Assembly: GCA_964551995.1 (NCBI GenBank)
Contig: CAZKFD010000006.1
Coordinates: 2,894 to 66,893 of the forward strand
Length of the DNA: 64,000 nucleotides
Source of the DNA: an uncultured Eubacteriales bacterium
GTDB taxonomy: Bacteria > Acidobacteriota > Aminicenantia > Aminicenantales > Saccharicenantaceae
Reading direction: 5' to 3'
The position numbers were made by a program, and so were the translations under genes. The notes below the pieces were generated by a model. That model saw only the letters and a list, made by a program, of their open reading frames with translations, was not told where the DNA came from and ran no database searches. Each line of letters opens with the position of its first letter. Within the stretch, counting starts at the first letter, position 1. Shown piece by piece: positions 1 through 8,350 of this stretch.

Positions 1-2
1 GG

Positions 3-626
3 AAATACGAGGATGCGATCCAGGTCCTCGACCGGATGCTCGATCTCGGCTACTGGCTCTTGGGCGAGGCCCATTACTGGATCGCCTGGAACCTCCACGA
101 GCTCAAGCGGGACGACGAGGCCCTCCGCCACATCGACGAAGCGAAGGGCCGCCTGCCGACCAACTCCGAGGTCTTCGGCCTCGCCGGCACCATCGCCCTC
201 GACCTGGGCGAGGACGGCCGGGCGGAGAAGGACTTTCTCGAAGCGCTCAAGTACAACCCCGACAACAGGGAGTCGCTCTTCGGGCTCAGGACCCTGGCCG
301 GCCGGAAGAATCTCTGGCGGGAATCCGGCGCTTATTATGAGAAGGCGGCCGGGGCATGCGCGGCCTCCGAGTCCGCCCTCCAAGCCAGGATCGAGGAGAT
401 CAGGAACTCGGCCCTTTCGCCGGAGAGGAAGGAATGGCTCGTCCGGAAGCGTGAAGCCCAGATCGACGGCCTCCGCCTGACGGAGGCGACGTCCTATTAC
501 AATGCCGCCGCGGCCTACCTCAACGGAGATCTCAAGGACAAGGCCGCCGTGTGCGCGGGCCGCGCCGCCGCTCATCCCGTCCTCAAGGCTAAGGCCGAGG
601 AGCTGCTCCGGTCAATCAAGAAATGA
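3..626 (+). CDS. TPR-repeat protein, C-terminal part (5' end lies outside the window)
   Basis: Frame 3 is open from the first bases of the window (KYEDAIQVLDRMLDLGYW...). It shows repeated ~34-aa helical A/L/Y/N-rich units typical of TPR. The listed ORF 36..626 is only the part after the first Met. Confidence 0.55.
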   Translation, partial: KYEDAIQVLDRMLDLGYWLLGEAHYWIAWNLHELKRDDEALRHIDEAKGRLPTNSEVFGLAGTIALDLGEDGRAEKDFLEALKYNPDNRESLFGLRTLAGRKNLWRESGAYYEKAAGACAASESALQARIEEIRNSALSPERKEWLVRKREAQIDGLRLTEATSYYNAAAAYLNGDLKDKAAVCAGRAAAHPVLKAKAEELLRSIKK

Positions 627-751
627 ACGCCGAAAAGCCGCCCGCCCCGGCCTGCCCATTCCTCCGTCCGCCCCTCTGCAGGCCTGCCCCGCCGGAACAT
701 CCCCGCCCCGTTTTGCCTTAAACGCCCGGACGGCGGTCGGCGTATTCTCTA

Positions 752-1324
752 ATGGATGGCGGAGCCGCGAGCTCCATGGATGAGAGAGAGATCGTTTCGG
801 ACTGTCTCGGGGGAAGGGCCGGATCCTACCGGACGATGGTCGAGACCTACGGGCCTCTGGTCATGGCGGTGGCGCTGAACGTCCTGGGCAACAGGGAGGA
901 CGCCGAGGATGTCTTCCAGGAAACGTTCATCCAGGTCTTCAGGAACCTCGGCCGCTACGACCCCGGACGAAGCTTCAAGACGTGGCTCCTGACCATCGCG
1001 ACCCGGAGGTCGCTGGATATGATAAAGAAGAAGCGCCGTTTTTCGGAGTTCAAGGCCAGGGCCGGGTCCGACCCCGCCGCGACCACGAACGCTTCCCGCG
1101 CGCCGTCCGGCGATCCCGAGCCCCTCCCGTGCCGCCTCCTGAAAAGCCTCTCGCCCAAGGAGCGGACGGTCCTCTGCCTGTGGGCCGAGGAGGGGTGCAC
1201 GGCCCGCGATATCTCGGAGATCCTGGGTTGCGCGGCGGGCACGGCCCGGGTCACCCTTTTCAACGCCCGCCGGAAAATCAAGATGCTTCTGGAGAGCGAC
1301 CATGGCGTTCTGCAAAATCGTTGA
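752..1324 (+). CDS. ECF-type RNA polymerase sigma factor (sigma-70 family, group IV)
   Basis: Region 2 motif: DAEDVFQETFIQVFRNLGRYD..SFKTWLLTIATRRSLDMIKK. Region 4 HTH: LSPKERTVLCLWAEEGCTARDISEILGCAAGTARVTLFNARRKI. Length ~190 aa. The start could also be the Met at 776. Confidence 0.85.
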   Translation: MDGGAASSMDEREIVSDCLGGRAGSYRTMVETYGPLVMAVALNVLGNREDAEDVFQETFIQVFRNLGRYDPGRSFKTWLLTIATRRSLDMIKKKRRFSEFKARAGSDPAATTNASRAPSGDPEPLPCRLLKSLSPKERTVLCLWAEEGCTARDISEILGCAAGTARVTLFNARRKIKMLLESDHGVLQNR

Positions 1325-1775
1325 CCTCTTTTACGCCGCGATCCCGTCGCGGACCGTCCGGGATTGGCTTATCCGTGGCCACGCGGACGGATGCGAGCGC
1401 TGCCGGGCCCGGCTCGCGAGCCGGGAAGAAGCCCGGGCTCTGCTCGTCAAACCCGAGGACGCTGGGGCGCCAGGTGACTTGTGGCGCCTCGTCGAGCCGC
1501 AGAGTGTCTGGGCGGCGGTTCCGGCGGCTCCGGAAAGGCCGTCCGGGCGCCGCAGGGAGTGGGCCGCCGGCGCGGCCGCGTTTCTCGTCTTCGCGGCGGC
1601 CGGCTTCTGGCTTCTCCGCGGCCTCCAGAACGGAAGACCCGAGGCCGGGGCCGCGCGAGTCACGGTGCCCTTCGAAATCAACTATATCAACGTGGGCGGA
1701 TCGCCCGCCCAAACGTTCATCTATCAGCCCCAGGGATCGGACATGATCATCATCTGGGCGGAAAGGACATCCTGA
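1302..1775 (+). CDS. Anti-sigma factor with ZAS-type zinc motif and one TM helix
   Basis: Overlaps the sigma gene 3' end by 23 nt. Has an H-x3-C-x2-C motif (HADGCERC) near the N-terminus and a central hydrophobic helix (WAAGAAAFLVFAAAGFWLL). This is the classical position for the cognate anti-sigma. Confidence 0.7.
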   Translation: MAFCKIVDLFYAAIPSRTVRDWLIRGHADGCERCRARLASREEARALLVKPEDAGAPGDLWRLVEPQSVWAAVPAAPERPSGRRREWAAGAAAFLVFAAAGFWLLRGLQNGRPEAGAARVTVPFEINYINVGGSPAQTFIYQPQGSDMIIIWAERTS

Positions 1776-1795
1776 ATTCTGATGGAGGTGTCACT

Positions 1796-3928
1796 ATGAA
1801 AAAAGCGGCCATGTGTCTTGCGGCCTTAATTCTCATCTGCCTTTGGTGCCCGGCCCGGAGCGCTGAGCTCAGTGCCCGGCTTCCGGCCGATGAAGGCGGG
1901 GGCTACCGGGCTGGTGACTTAGACCTTTCCCGAAGCCTCTCGCAGGAACAGGCGATGGCCAGCCGGGTCATCGAGTGGGAAATGAAGCTCAGGGTGCTCG
2001 TGGGTGTACGGGAAGGCCTGCCCCTGACGCCGTCGGTCGTGACCTCGTCGTTCCTCAAATATACCTTCTCCGCGAACTTCCGCTCCGATGAGGAGTTGGC
2101 CGAAGAGCAGAGTCAGATCCGGCGCATCTTCAACCTTAAGGACGTCAAGCTGCTGACGGAGGGGAACCTGAGCTGGAAAGCGGGCATGGCGGCCAAAGTT
2201 CCCTTCGTCTTCCGCCTGGACGGCAGGGAATATTCGATCTCCGTAAGGGGAGGAGATCTCGTCACGCGGCCGGGGTCCGTCGGGACGCAAACCTTCGGGG
2301 TCGAAGTCCTCGAGAAGGCGAAGGGTGAAGCCGTAGAAACAACCAAGGAGGTTGGCCACCCGGTGGAATGGGTCAAGACCGCCAACCTCCTGGACACAGA
2401 GTTCAGCGTTTCGAGCCTGAAGAATGTCACGGTCTTCGGCTTCGAGGACAGCCAGGGCACTCCCTATTTCATCTCACTCCAGCAAATGGATGTGTACACG
2501 GAAGGCCCGATCGCGGAGAGCGCCGCGATCGGAGGAGTCGTCGGCGGGCTCGCGGCCAAGGGACCAGCCCCAGAAGTCAAGGCGCCGAAGCGCGTCAAGA
2601 TGGTGGAGCCCGTCTATCCTCCCGAGGCCAGAAAAGCGAGGCTCTCCGGCGTCGTCATCGTCGAAGCCAGCGTGGGAACCGACGGGCACGTCGTCAACGA
2701 GAAAGTTCTCAAGTCGATCCCGGGGCTGGATGAGGCCGCGCTCGCCGCGGTTAGGCAATGGGTCTATGAACCGATGACCGTCAACGGAAAACTCCAGCCT
2801 TTTATCACTACGACGACGGTTCAGTTCAGCCTCTCGGAGAACGAAGCCGGGGTCGTCGGCGGGGTGGTTGGCGGTGTTGTCGGCGGCATTGCCGGAGACG
2901 TGTCCGGCGGGGTTGAAGGCGGAGTCGTCGGCGGCGTTTCCGGCGGCGTCGAAGGCGCAATGATGAGCCAGGAGCAGAAAGAATTCGAGAAGGGTGCCGT
3001 GAGGGCCGTCGGTGCCATCGAGCCACCCCGGCGGGTCAGTTCGGTCGAGCCCGTCTATCCGGAGATTGCCCGCCAGGCTCTCGTTGAGGGGGACGTCATC
3101 CTCGAAGTCCGGATCGACGAGGGCGGCAGCGTCAAGGCCGTAAGGATTCTGCGCGCGGTTCCGCTTCTCGAACAGTCCGCTTTCGACGCCGTCAGGCAGT
3201 GGAAATACGAGCCGCTCGTCATCAACGGGAAGGCCTGCGAGGCCGTTTTCCCGGTGACCGTTAAGTTCGCGCTCAGCCCGCAGGATAAGAAAAAGGAACT
3301 GGAAGAGTTCTCGAGAGACGCGGTGAGGGCCGTCGGTGCCATCGAGCCACCCCGGCGGGTCAAATCCGTCGAACCCGTCTACCCGGAGATCGCTAGGCAG
3401 GCCGGGGTCGAGGGCACCGTCATCTTCGAGGTCCGCACGAGCAAGAAGGGCGCCGTCGAGGCCGCGAGGATCCTGCGATCGATTCCCCTCCTCGACGAGG
3501 CGGCGATAGACGCTGTCAGGCAGTGGAAATACGAGCCGCTCATCATCGACGGGAAGCCGAGGAAGGCCCTGTTTACAGTGACCGTCCGGTTCATGCTGAA
3601 GACGGGGGACAGGGAGAAGGACTTTGAAAAATCCGCCGAGGGAGCGGTCAAGGCCGAGGGCGCCATCGCGCCGCCCCGCCCCGTCCATTCGGTCGAACCC
3701 GTCTACCCCGAGGACGCCAGGCAGGCCGGCGTCGAGGGCACAGTCATCCTGTCCGTCAAGGCCGACGGTGAGGGGAACGTCATCGACGTCATGGTCCTGC
3801 GGTCGATCCCCCTCCTCGACCAGGCGGCCATCGACGCCGTCAGACAGTGGAAATATGAGCCGCTCATCATCAATGGCAAGCCCACGCCCGTCGTCTTCAC
3901 CGTAACCGTGAGGTTCCAGCTGAAATAA
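1796..3928 (+). CDS. Secreted protein with an unknown N-terminal domain, a G/V-rich linker and four tandem TonB C-terminal (TonB_C) domains
   Basis: ATG at 1796 is preceded by GGAGGTG and followed by a signal peptide (MKKAAMCLAALILICLWCPARSAE). Four copies of the TonB_C pattern are present: VEPVYPxxARxxxxxGxVxxxxxxxxxGxVxxxxxLxSIPLLDxAAxxAVRQWKYEPxxxNGK. The longer listed ORF (from 1481) overlaps the anti-sigma gene and is rejected. Confidence 0.8.
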   Translation: MKKAAMCLAALILICLWCPARSAELSARLPADEGGGYRAGDLDLSRSLSQEQAMASRVIEWEMKLRVLVGVREGLPLTPSVVTSSFLKYTFSANFRSDEELAEEQSQIRRIFNLKDVKLLTEGNLSWKAGMAAKVPFVFRLDGREYSISVRGGDLVTRPGSVGTQTFGVEVLEKAKGEAVETTKEVGHPVEWVKTANLLDTEFSVSSLKNVTVFGFEDSQGTPYFISLQQMDVYTEGPIAESAAIGGVVGGLAAKGPAPEVKAPKRVKMVEPVYPPEARKARLSGVVIVEASVGTDGHVVNEKVLKSIPGLDEAALAAVRQWVYEPMTVNGKLQPFITTTTVQFSLSENEAGVVGGVVGGVVGGIAGDVSGGVEGGVVGGVSGGVEGAMMSQEQKEFEKGAVRAVGAIEPPRRVSSVEPVYPEIARQALVEGDVILEVRIDEGGSVKAVRILRAVPLLEQSAFDAVRQWKYEPLVINGKACEAVFPVTVKFALSPQDKKKELEEFSRDAVRAVGAIEPPRRVKSVEPVYPEIARQAGVEGTVIFEVRTSKKGAVEAARILRSIPLLDEAAIDAVRQWKYEPLIIDGKPRKALFTVTVRFMLKTGDREKDFEKSAEGAVKAEGAIAPPRPVHSVEPVYPEDARQAGVEGTVILSVKADGEGNVIDVMVLRSIPLLDQAAIDAVRQWKYEPLIINGKPTPVVFTVTVRFQLK
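2999..3928 (+). repeat. Three tandem ~324-bp (108-codon) intragenic repeat units encoding TonB_C domains 2-4
   Basis: An identical 40-mer GTGAGGGCCGTCGGTGCCATCGAGCCACCCCGGCGGGTCA occurs at 2999-3038 and 3323-3362, exactly 324 nt apart. A third, more diverged unit starts near 3645. Confidence 0.85.
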
Positions 3929-3934
3929 TGCGGA

Positions 3935-4324
3935 TTATTTCTTCAACCCGAGGACCCAAGATTTGAGGACCTCGATGTCCGCTTTGGGCATCTTCCTAAG
4001 GCGGGGCATTCGGGCTCCGGTGATGCCCGGAGCGCCCAAGATCTTCTTCAGCAGGTAGCTCGATTCCGGGTTTTCCGCGTCGATGATCTTGAGCGACTGG
4101 ACCTCCCGACTCGGCGCGCCGACGGCTTCGAGGATCTTGTCCGGCGAGAGGTTCAGGCTCTCGGCCGCCTCCGCGCCGCTGTGGCACTCGACGCAGCGCT
4201 TCTCAAGGACCGCCGCCACGTTATCGGAGACGCTCAGGGGCGTCTTCTGGGCGGCCGCAAAGAGCGCCGCGCCCAGGGCGGCGAGAACGGCTGAGCCGGC
4301 GATTAGGACTGCTGTCTTTCTCAT
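3935..4324 (-). CDS. Small secreted c-type cytochrome domain protein
   Basis: N-terminal signal/TM segment (MRKTAVLIAGSAVLAALGAALFAAA) and a single CxxCH haem-binding motif (CVECH). Lies 10 nt downstream of the preceding minus-strand gene. Confidence 0.55.
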   Translation of the reverse strand: MRKTAVLIAGSAVLAALGAALFAAAQKTPLSVSDNVAAVLEKRCVECHSGAEAAESLNLSPDKILEAVGAPSREVQSLKIIDAENPESSYLLKKILGAPGITGARMPRLRKMPKADIEVLKSWVLGLKK

Positions 4325-4334
4325 TTTCCCATCC

Positions 4335-5129
4335 TCATTTCATGCCCGAATATTTCAACTCGGACCCCAGAACGCTGTGCGGGATCAGGAAAACGATGAG
4401 GGTGGCGGCGGAGGCTGTGAGGACCGCGCTGCGGGCGGGGCGGCCCTTCCGGCCGGCGATGACGGCCGCGAGCCAGAAAAGGAAGGCGAAGAGGGTCTTG
4501 CTGTCGGTCAGGTCCGTCCCCAAGGGGAAGCCGCTCCAGAACGTGCCGAAAGCATATCTCTGGACGAGCGGCCCGAATACGAATCCACCCAAAAAGATCA
4601 GGACCAGCGCCCCGAGGGCGAAGCGCCGCGGGTTCCGTTCCCGGTCGAGAGCCGCGAGGCCGGCGGCCGTCGAGGCCAGCATTCCCCCGAACATCACCAC
4701 GATGTGGATGAAGAGCAGGAGAAGGGGGACCGGCTCTTTGAAGCGGATGACGACTGGCTTGTCTCCCGTGATCGAAGCCGTCCGGCCCCCAGAAACGACG
4801 AACACGCGATAAGCCAGCTTTCCGGCCGCGGGCTGCTTGGGCAGGAACCCGACGAGCTCCATGCCCTGTCGAGCGAAGTCCGCACGCCTCCACGGCTCGG
4901 CCGACTCATAGTGGCGGTATTCGAGATAGGCCTCGGCGCGCGCGGGCAGGGGCAGCCGGACAACCGCGTCCGTCGTGCTCTCGGCGCTCCGCGGAAGCTC
5001 GATGTGAACGGCCCGGCTCTCGACGACGGCCGTGACCCTCTGCGGGTGAGTCGGACCCGTCATCCTTTGAAAGACGGCCGAAGCCAGCGTGACGGCCACG
5101 GCCAGAAGCCAGAACGGGAGCTTCTTCAT
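4335..5129 (-). CDS. Membrane protein of unknown function (signal peptide, ~120-aa extracytoplasmic domain, ~4 TM helices)
   Basis: Clear codon bias, an N-terminal signal sequence and four hydrophobic segments in the C-terminal half. No family motif recognised. Confidence 0.5.
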   Translation of the reverse strand: MKKLPFWLLAVAVTLASAVFQRMTGPTHPQRVTAVVESRAVHIELPRSAESTTDAVVRLPLPARAEAYLEYRHYESAEPWRRADFARQGMELVGFLPKQPAAGKLAYRVFVVSGGRTASITGDKPVVIRFKEPVPLLLLFIHIVVMFGGMLASTAAGLAALDRERNPRRFALGALVLIFLGGFVFGPLVQRYAFGTFWSGFPLGTDLTDSKTLFAFLFWLAAVIAGRKGRPARSAVLTASAATLIVFLIPHSVLGSELKYSGMK

Positions 5130-5153
5130 GCGCCTTTTCCTTGAGTCAGACTA

Positions 5154-5845
5154 TCATCGGATGGTGATGGAACCGAAGACGGCCGAGGCGTGGAGGTGAA
5201 GCGTGCCCGCCGCCGCGCCTTGGTCCGGGGCCGGCCTTTTCTGCTCGATGGTGCCGAGAAACGGGGCCCCTTCGATGACGACCCGCCAATCGGGCCTGAC
5301 CCGAAGTTCGATCGACCCCAGCACGGCCGAGACCGCCAGGACGGCACGGCCGCCTTCGAGCCCCGCACCGGTGAGGTCGATTTCGGCGTTGCCCAGCACG
5401 ACCTCCACCGTCCCGCCCCTGAAGTTCGCGGATGTGACGCGGCGCGACGTTCCGGACAAGGCCTGCGAGATCCGGAACTCGTCGGCGGTCAGCTCAGGGG
5501 TTTTTTTTTACCCGCCGCCAAGGCCGGCCAAATCAGGATCCAGATGCCCATGCCTATGATGACGAGGGGCCAGAAATAATGCCAGGCGGTGTGGTTGAAG
5601 ATCCGGATGCGCATCAGGAGGAAGAAGGCCCCGAACAGGATGAAGAAAACGCCGGGCCCGACGTTCTGAAAATTGTTGCCGAGGATGATCGCGACGCCGA
5701 TGAGGATGAAGACGACGGGCCAGTAGCGGCTGAAGAGGTAGCCGAAGTTCAGCTGCCCCATCTGGTCGAGCAGGAAAAGGACGCCGATCCCGACGAGGAC
5801 GAGCCCCCAGAAGATGCGGCCCAGCGGTCCCTTCGAAGCGGCCAT
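5154..5845 (-). pseudogene. LiaF/YvqF-like cell-envelope stress protein split by a frameshift at an A9 homopolymer
   Basis: ORF 5489..5845 encodes only the 4-TM N-terminal module. ORF 5154..5459 encodes the LiaF-type C-terminal domain (GTVEVVLGNAEIDLTGA...VLGSIELRVRPDWRVV). The downstream frame stays open back through the A9 run (T9 on the plus strand, ~5500-5508), so a 1-nt length change fuses both halves. Confidence 0.6.
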
Positions 5846-5901
5846 CGTTCCCTCCTTCGCGGCCAGGATACCAGAAACTTCTCCTTCTGTAAACCGAAGG
5901 A

Positions 5902-6035
5902 GGGATGGGGATGAGGGCCGTCCGGCTCCCCCGCGCTAGCGCTCCCCCGGGAACCAGTCCCGTCGGTTCCCCCGTCGGAAGCCGACGGGACCCCCTCCGC
6001 TACGGGGGTTCCCGGACGGCCCTCATCCCCATCCC
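5902..6035. repeat. 134-bp nested palindromic element in a divergent intergenic region
   Basis: Perfect 24-nt arms: GGGATGGGGATGAGGGCCGTCCGG (5902-5925) and CCGGACGGCCCTCATCCCCATCCC (6012-6035). Inner inverted repeats are also present (CCGGGAACC/GGTTCCCGG, GTCCCGTCGG/CCGACGGGAC). Confidence 0.75.
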
Positions 6036-6157
6036 AATAAAAGGATAAGCCTTAAAGGGTTGATATGTTCGAAGCGGCGGCACGCCCGCGGCTTGAAAGC
6101 CCTTTTCCGGCGTGATATACATTCCGGCGGCGGGCCGCTCGCCGAAAGGAGGACGCC

Positions 6158-7402
6158 ATGGCAGAAGACCGCATCGTCATCGATCACGCGGCCGTCCTGG
6201 ACGTCGTCGCCGGAAAGCTCCTGCCCGACAGGCGCGTCATCGTCCGGGGGGCGGCGATCGAAGCCGTGGAGCCGGCGTCCACCCCAGGCGTTCCGGGGAG
6301 CGCGGCCCCGGCCGGAGCTGCCGTGATCGACGTCCGGGGAAAAACCGTCATGCCGGGCCTGTGCGACGCGCACGTCCATGTCACCGCCTGGTCGGCCGCT
6401 CCATCGGACCTCGCGCGGAGCTCGCCGTTCTACACGGCCGCGCGGGCCGCCGCTATTCTAAACGCGATGCTCATGCGGGGCTTCACCACCGTCCGCGACG
6501 CGGGCGGCGCGGACTTCGGCCTGGCTCTGGCCGTGCAGGAGGGCCGGATCGTCGGGCCGAGGACCCTGTTCTGCGGCCGCGGACTGTCCCAGACGGGCGG
6601 CCACGGCGACGGCCGCGCCCGCGGCGAGGATGTCCTTGAGGGCGTGGGTTCGGCGGCCACCCTCAGCCGGATCTGCGACGGGGTCGATGCCGTCCGCCTC
6701 GCCTGCCGGGATGAGATCCGCAGGGGGGCGAGCCACATCAAGCTCATGCTCTCGGGCGGAGTCGTTTCGCCCACCGACCGCCTGACGAACGCCCAGTTCT
6801 CCGAGGCCGAGATTCGCGCCGCCGTCGAGGAAGCCGAGATGGCCGGCCTGTATTGCATGGCCCATACCTACACCGCCCGGGCCGTGAACCGGGCCATCGC
6901 CTGCGGCGTCCGCTCGCTCGAACACTGCAACCTCATCGACGCGAACAGCATCGAGCTGTTCGTGAAGCACGGGGCCTGGATGGTTCCCACACTGGCGACC
7001 TATGAAGTTCTCGGGAGCGAGGGGGGGTACCTCGAAGACGTCCTGGCCAAGCTGGCGGAGGTGAAGGACAACGGGCTTCGCGCCCTGGCCATGGCCTACC
7101 GGGGAGGGGTCAAGCTCGCCTATGGGACGGACCTCCTCGGCCCGATGCATCGGCACCAGCTCCGGGAGTTCGCCATCCGGGCGGCCGTCCAGCCGGCGGC
7201 TGAGATCATCCGCGCTGCCACGTGCTACGCGGCCGACCTTTTCTGCGAGACCGGCCGGACGGGCATCGTCGCGGCTGGAGCGCGCGCGGACCTCCTCGTT
7301 GTCGACGGCGACCCTCTCGAGGACCTCGGCTGCCTCCAGGACCCCGAGAAACGTCTCCTGGCGATAATGAAGGGAGGCGTCTTCTATAAGAACCGGCTTT
7401 GA
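6158..7402 (+). CDS. Amidohydrolase-superfamily metal-dependent hydrolase
   Basis: HxH metal motif after beta-strand 1 (VMPGLCDAHVHV). Later His/Asp ligand contexts (HIKLMLSGG, CMAHTY, AYGTDL). ~414 aa, typical for the family. Confidence 0.85.
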   Translation: MAEDRIVIDHAAVLDVVAGKLLPDRRVIVRGAAIEAVEPASTPGVPGSAAPAGAAVIDVRGKTVMPGLCDAHVHVTAWSAAPSDLARSSPFYTAARAAAILNAMLMRGFTTVRDAGGADFGLALAVQEGRIVGPRTLFCGRGLSQTGGHGDGRARGEDVLEGVGSAATLSRICDGVDAVRLACRDEIRRGASHIKLMLSGGVVSPTDRLTNAQFSEAEIRAAVEEAEMAGLYCMAHTYTARAVNRAIACGVRSLEHCNLIDANSIELFVKHGAWMVPTLATYEVLGSEGGYLEDVLAKLAEVKDNGLRALAMAYRGGVKLAYGTDLLGPMHRHQLREFAIRAAVQPAAEIIRAATCYAADLFCETGRTGIVAAGARADLLVVDGDPLEDLGCLQDPEKRLLAIMKGGVFYKNRL

Positions 7403-7537
7403 GCCTCGAAGGGACAGGACTGACTTTCCTCCTCGCGCGATCGGCCAGTCCTGAGGCCGGATTTTCGGACGATCGTCGTCGGCTCGCCGCGGAGGTTCCG
7501 CCCGGAAGTCCCGGCCTGCGCGCCGGCCGGCGCGGCT

Positions 7538-8350
7538 CTAGAGCCGCCGGATGTTCATGCCGCCGCTGACTTCGATGACCGCGCCCGTCGAGAAGGCGAA
7601 GGCACCCCTGGCGAGGGCGGCCACGGCCTTCCCCACGTCCTCGGGCTGTCCCCACCGTGCCTGCGGCACGAACCCGTCGGCGATCAGCAGGTCATACTTG
7701 GCTTTGACCGGCGCGGTCATGTCCGTGGCGATGATTCCCGGCCGGATTTCGTAGACGGCGATGCCGACAGGAGCCAGGGCATCCGCGAAGAGGGTCGCGG
7801 CCATGCTCAGCGCGGCCTTGGAGATGCAGTATTCCGCGCGGGACGGCGAGGAAGTCACCGCGCTCACGGAGGTGATGAAGATGATCGACGGCGGGACGAT
7901 GTCCCCGCCGGTCCTCTGGGCGCTCATCCGCCGCGCCACGTTCTGCGTCAGGAAAAACGTCCCTCTCGCGTTGACGTTCAGAACCCGGTCGAAGCTCGCC
8001 GGCGTCGTCTCCAGGACGTTCAGCCGCTTTTCGGGCGCGACCCCGGCGTTGTTGATGAGGCAGTCCACGCGACCGAATCTTTCGAGGACCGCCTCGACAG
8101 CCCGGTCGTGCTCGACGATCGCGGCGATGTCGCAGCGGACGGGGAGGAAGCGCCGCCCCAGGCGCTCCACGCGGCCCTTGACCTCGAACAGGCCTTTCTT
8201 CCTATTCCGCGGCTCGAATACGATGTCGACGCCCGCGATATCGAAACCCGTCCGGGCGAGCGCAAGGGCCGCGGCCCTCCCGATTCCCTGCCCCGCCCCA
8301 GTGACTAGGGCGACGGGCCTTCCGGCGGTGCGCGTCTTGGGCACGGTCAC
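7538..8350 (-). CDS. Short-chain dehydrogenase/reductase (SDR) family oxidoreductase
   Basis: TGxxxGIG dinucleotide motif (VTGAGQGIGRA), NNAG, and catalytic YxxxK (YCISKAA). The GTG start overlaps the stop of the upstream gene (GTGA). Confidence 0.9.
   Translation of the reverse strand: MTVPKTRTAGRPVALVTGAGQGIGRAAALALARTGFDIAGVDIVFEPRNRKKGLFEVKGRVERLGRRFLPVRCDIAAIVEHDRAVEAVLERFGRVDCLINNAGVAPEKRLNVLETTPASFDRVLNVNARGTFFLTQNVARRMSAQRTGGDIVPPSIIFITSVSAVTSSPSRAEYCISKAALSMAATLFADALAPVGIAVYEIRPGIIATDMTAPVKAKYDLLIADGFVPQARWGQPEDVGKAVAALARGAFAFSTGAVIEVSGGMNIRRL

Noticed and set aside
694-720. GGAAC at 694-698 as a possible ECF-type -35 box upstream of the sigma factor gene
   Set aside because: No convincing CGTC/TCGT-type -10 element lies 16-17 nt downstream, and GGAAC is frequent in this composition. 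The evidence is insufficient for a feature call.
1481-1795. N-terminal extensions of listed ORFs (1481..1795, 12709..13356, 57043..57327, 25703..25777, 29489..29692, 10366..10479, 30639..30680)
   Set aside because: Each extension overlaps a neighbouring well-supported gene and has shadow-frame composition. In each case an internal ATG with an SD and a sensible protein N-terminus (signal peptide, Rossmann motif, family N-terminal block) is available.
2830-2960. Short G/V-codon periodic repeats (GGCGGGGTGGTTGGCGGTGTTGTCGGCGGC...) considered as a possible CRISPR or microsatellite
   Set aside because: The repeats lie in frame inside the TonB_C protein and encode a (G/V)n linker. There is no repeat-spacer organisation, and no CRISPR-like array occurs anywhere in the window.
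2474-3688. 404-aa ORF antisense to the 4x TonB_C gene
   Set aside because: It is a shadow ORF typical of GC-rich DNA. It is rich in R/G/P/L/D, has no motif and no SD, and lies entirely opposite a gene with clear domain content.
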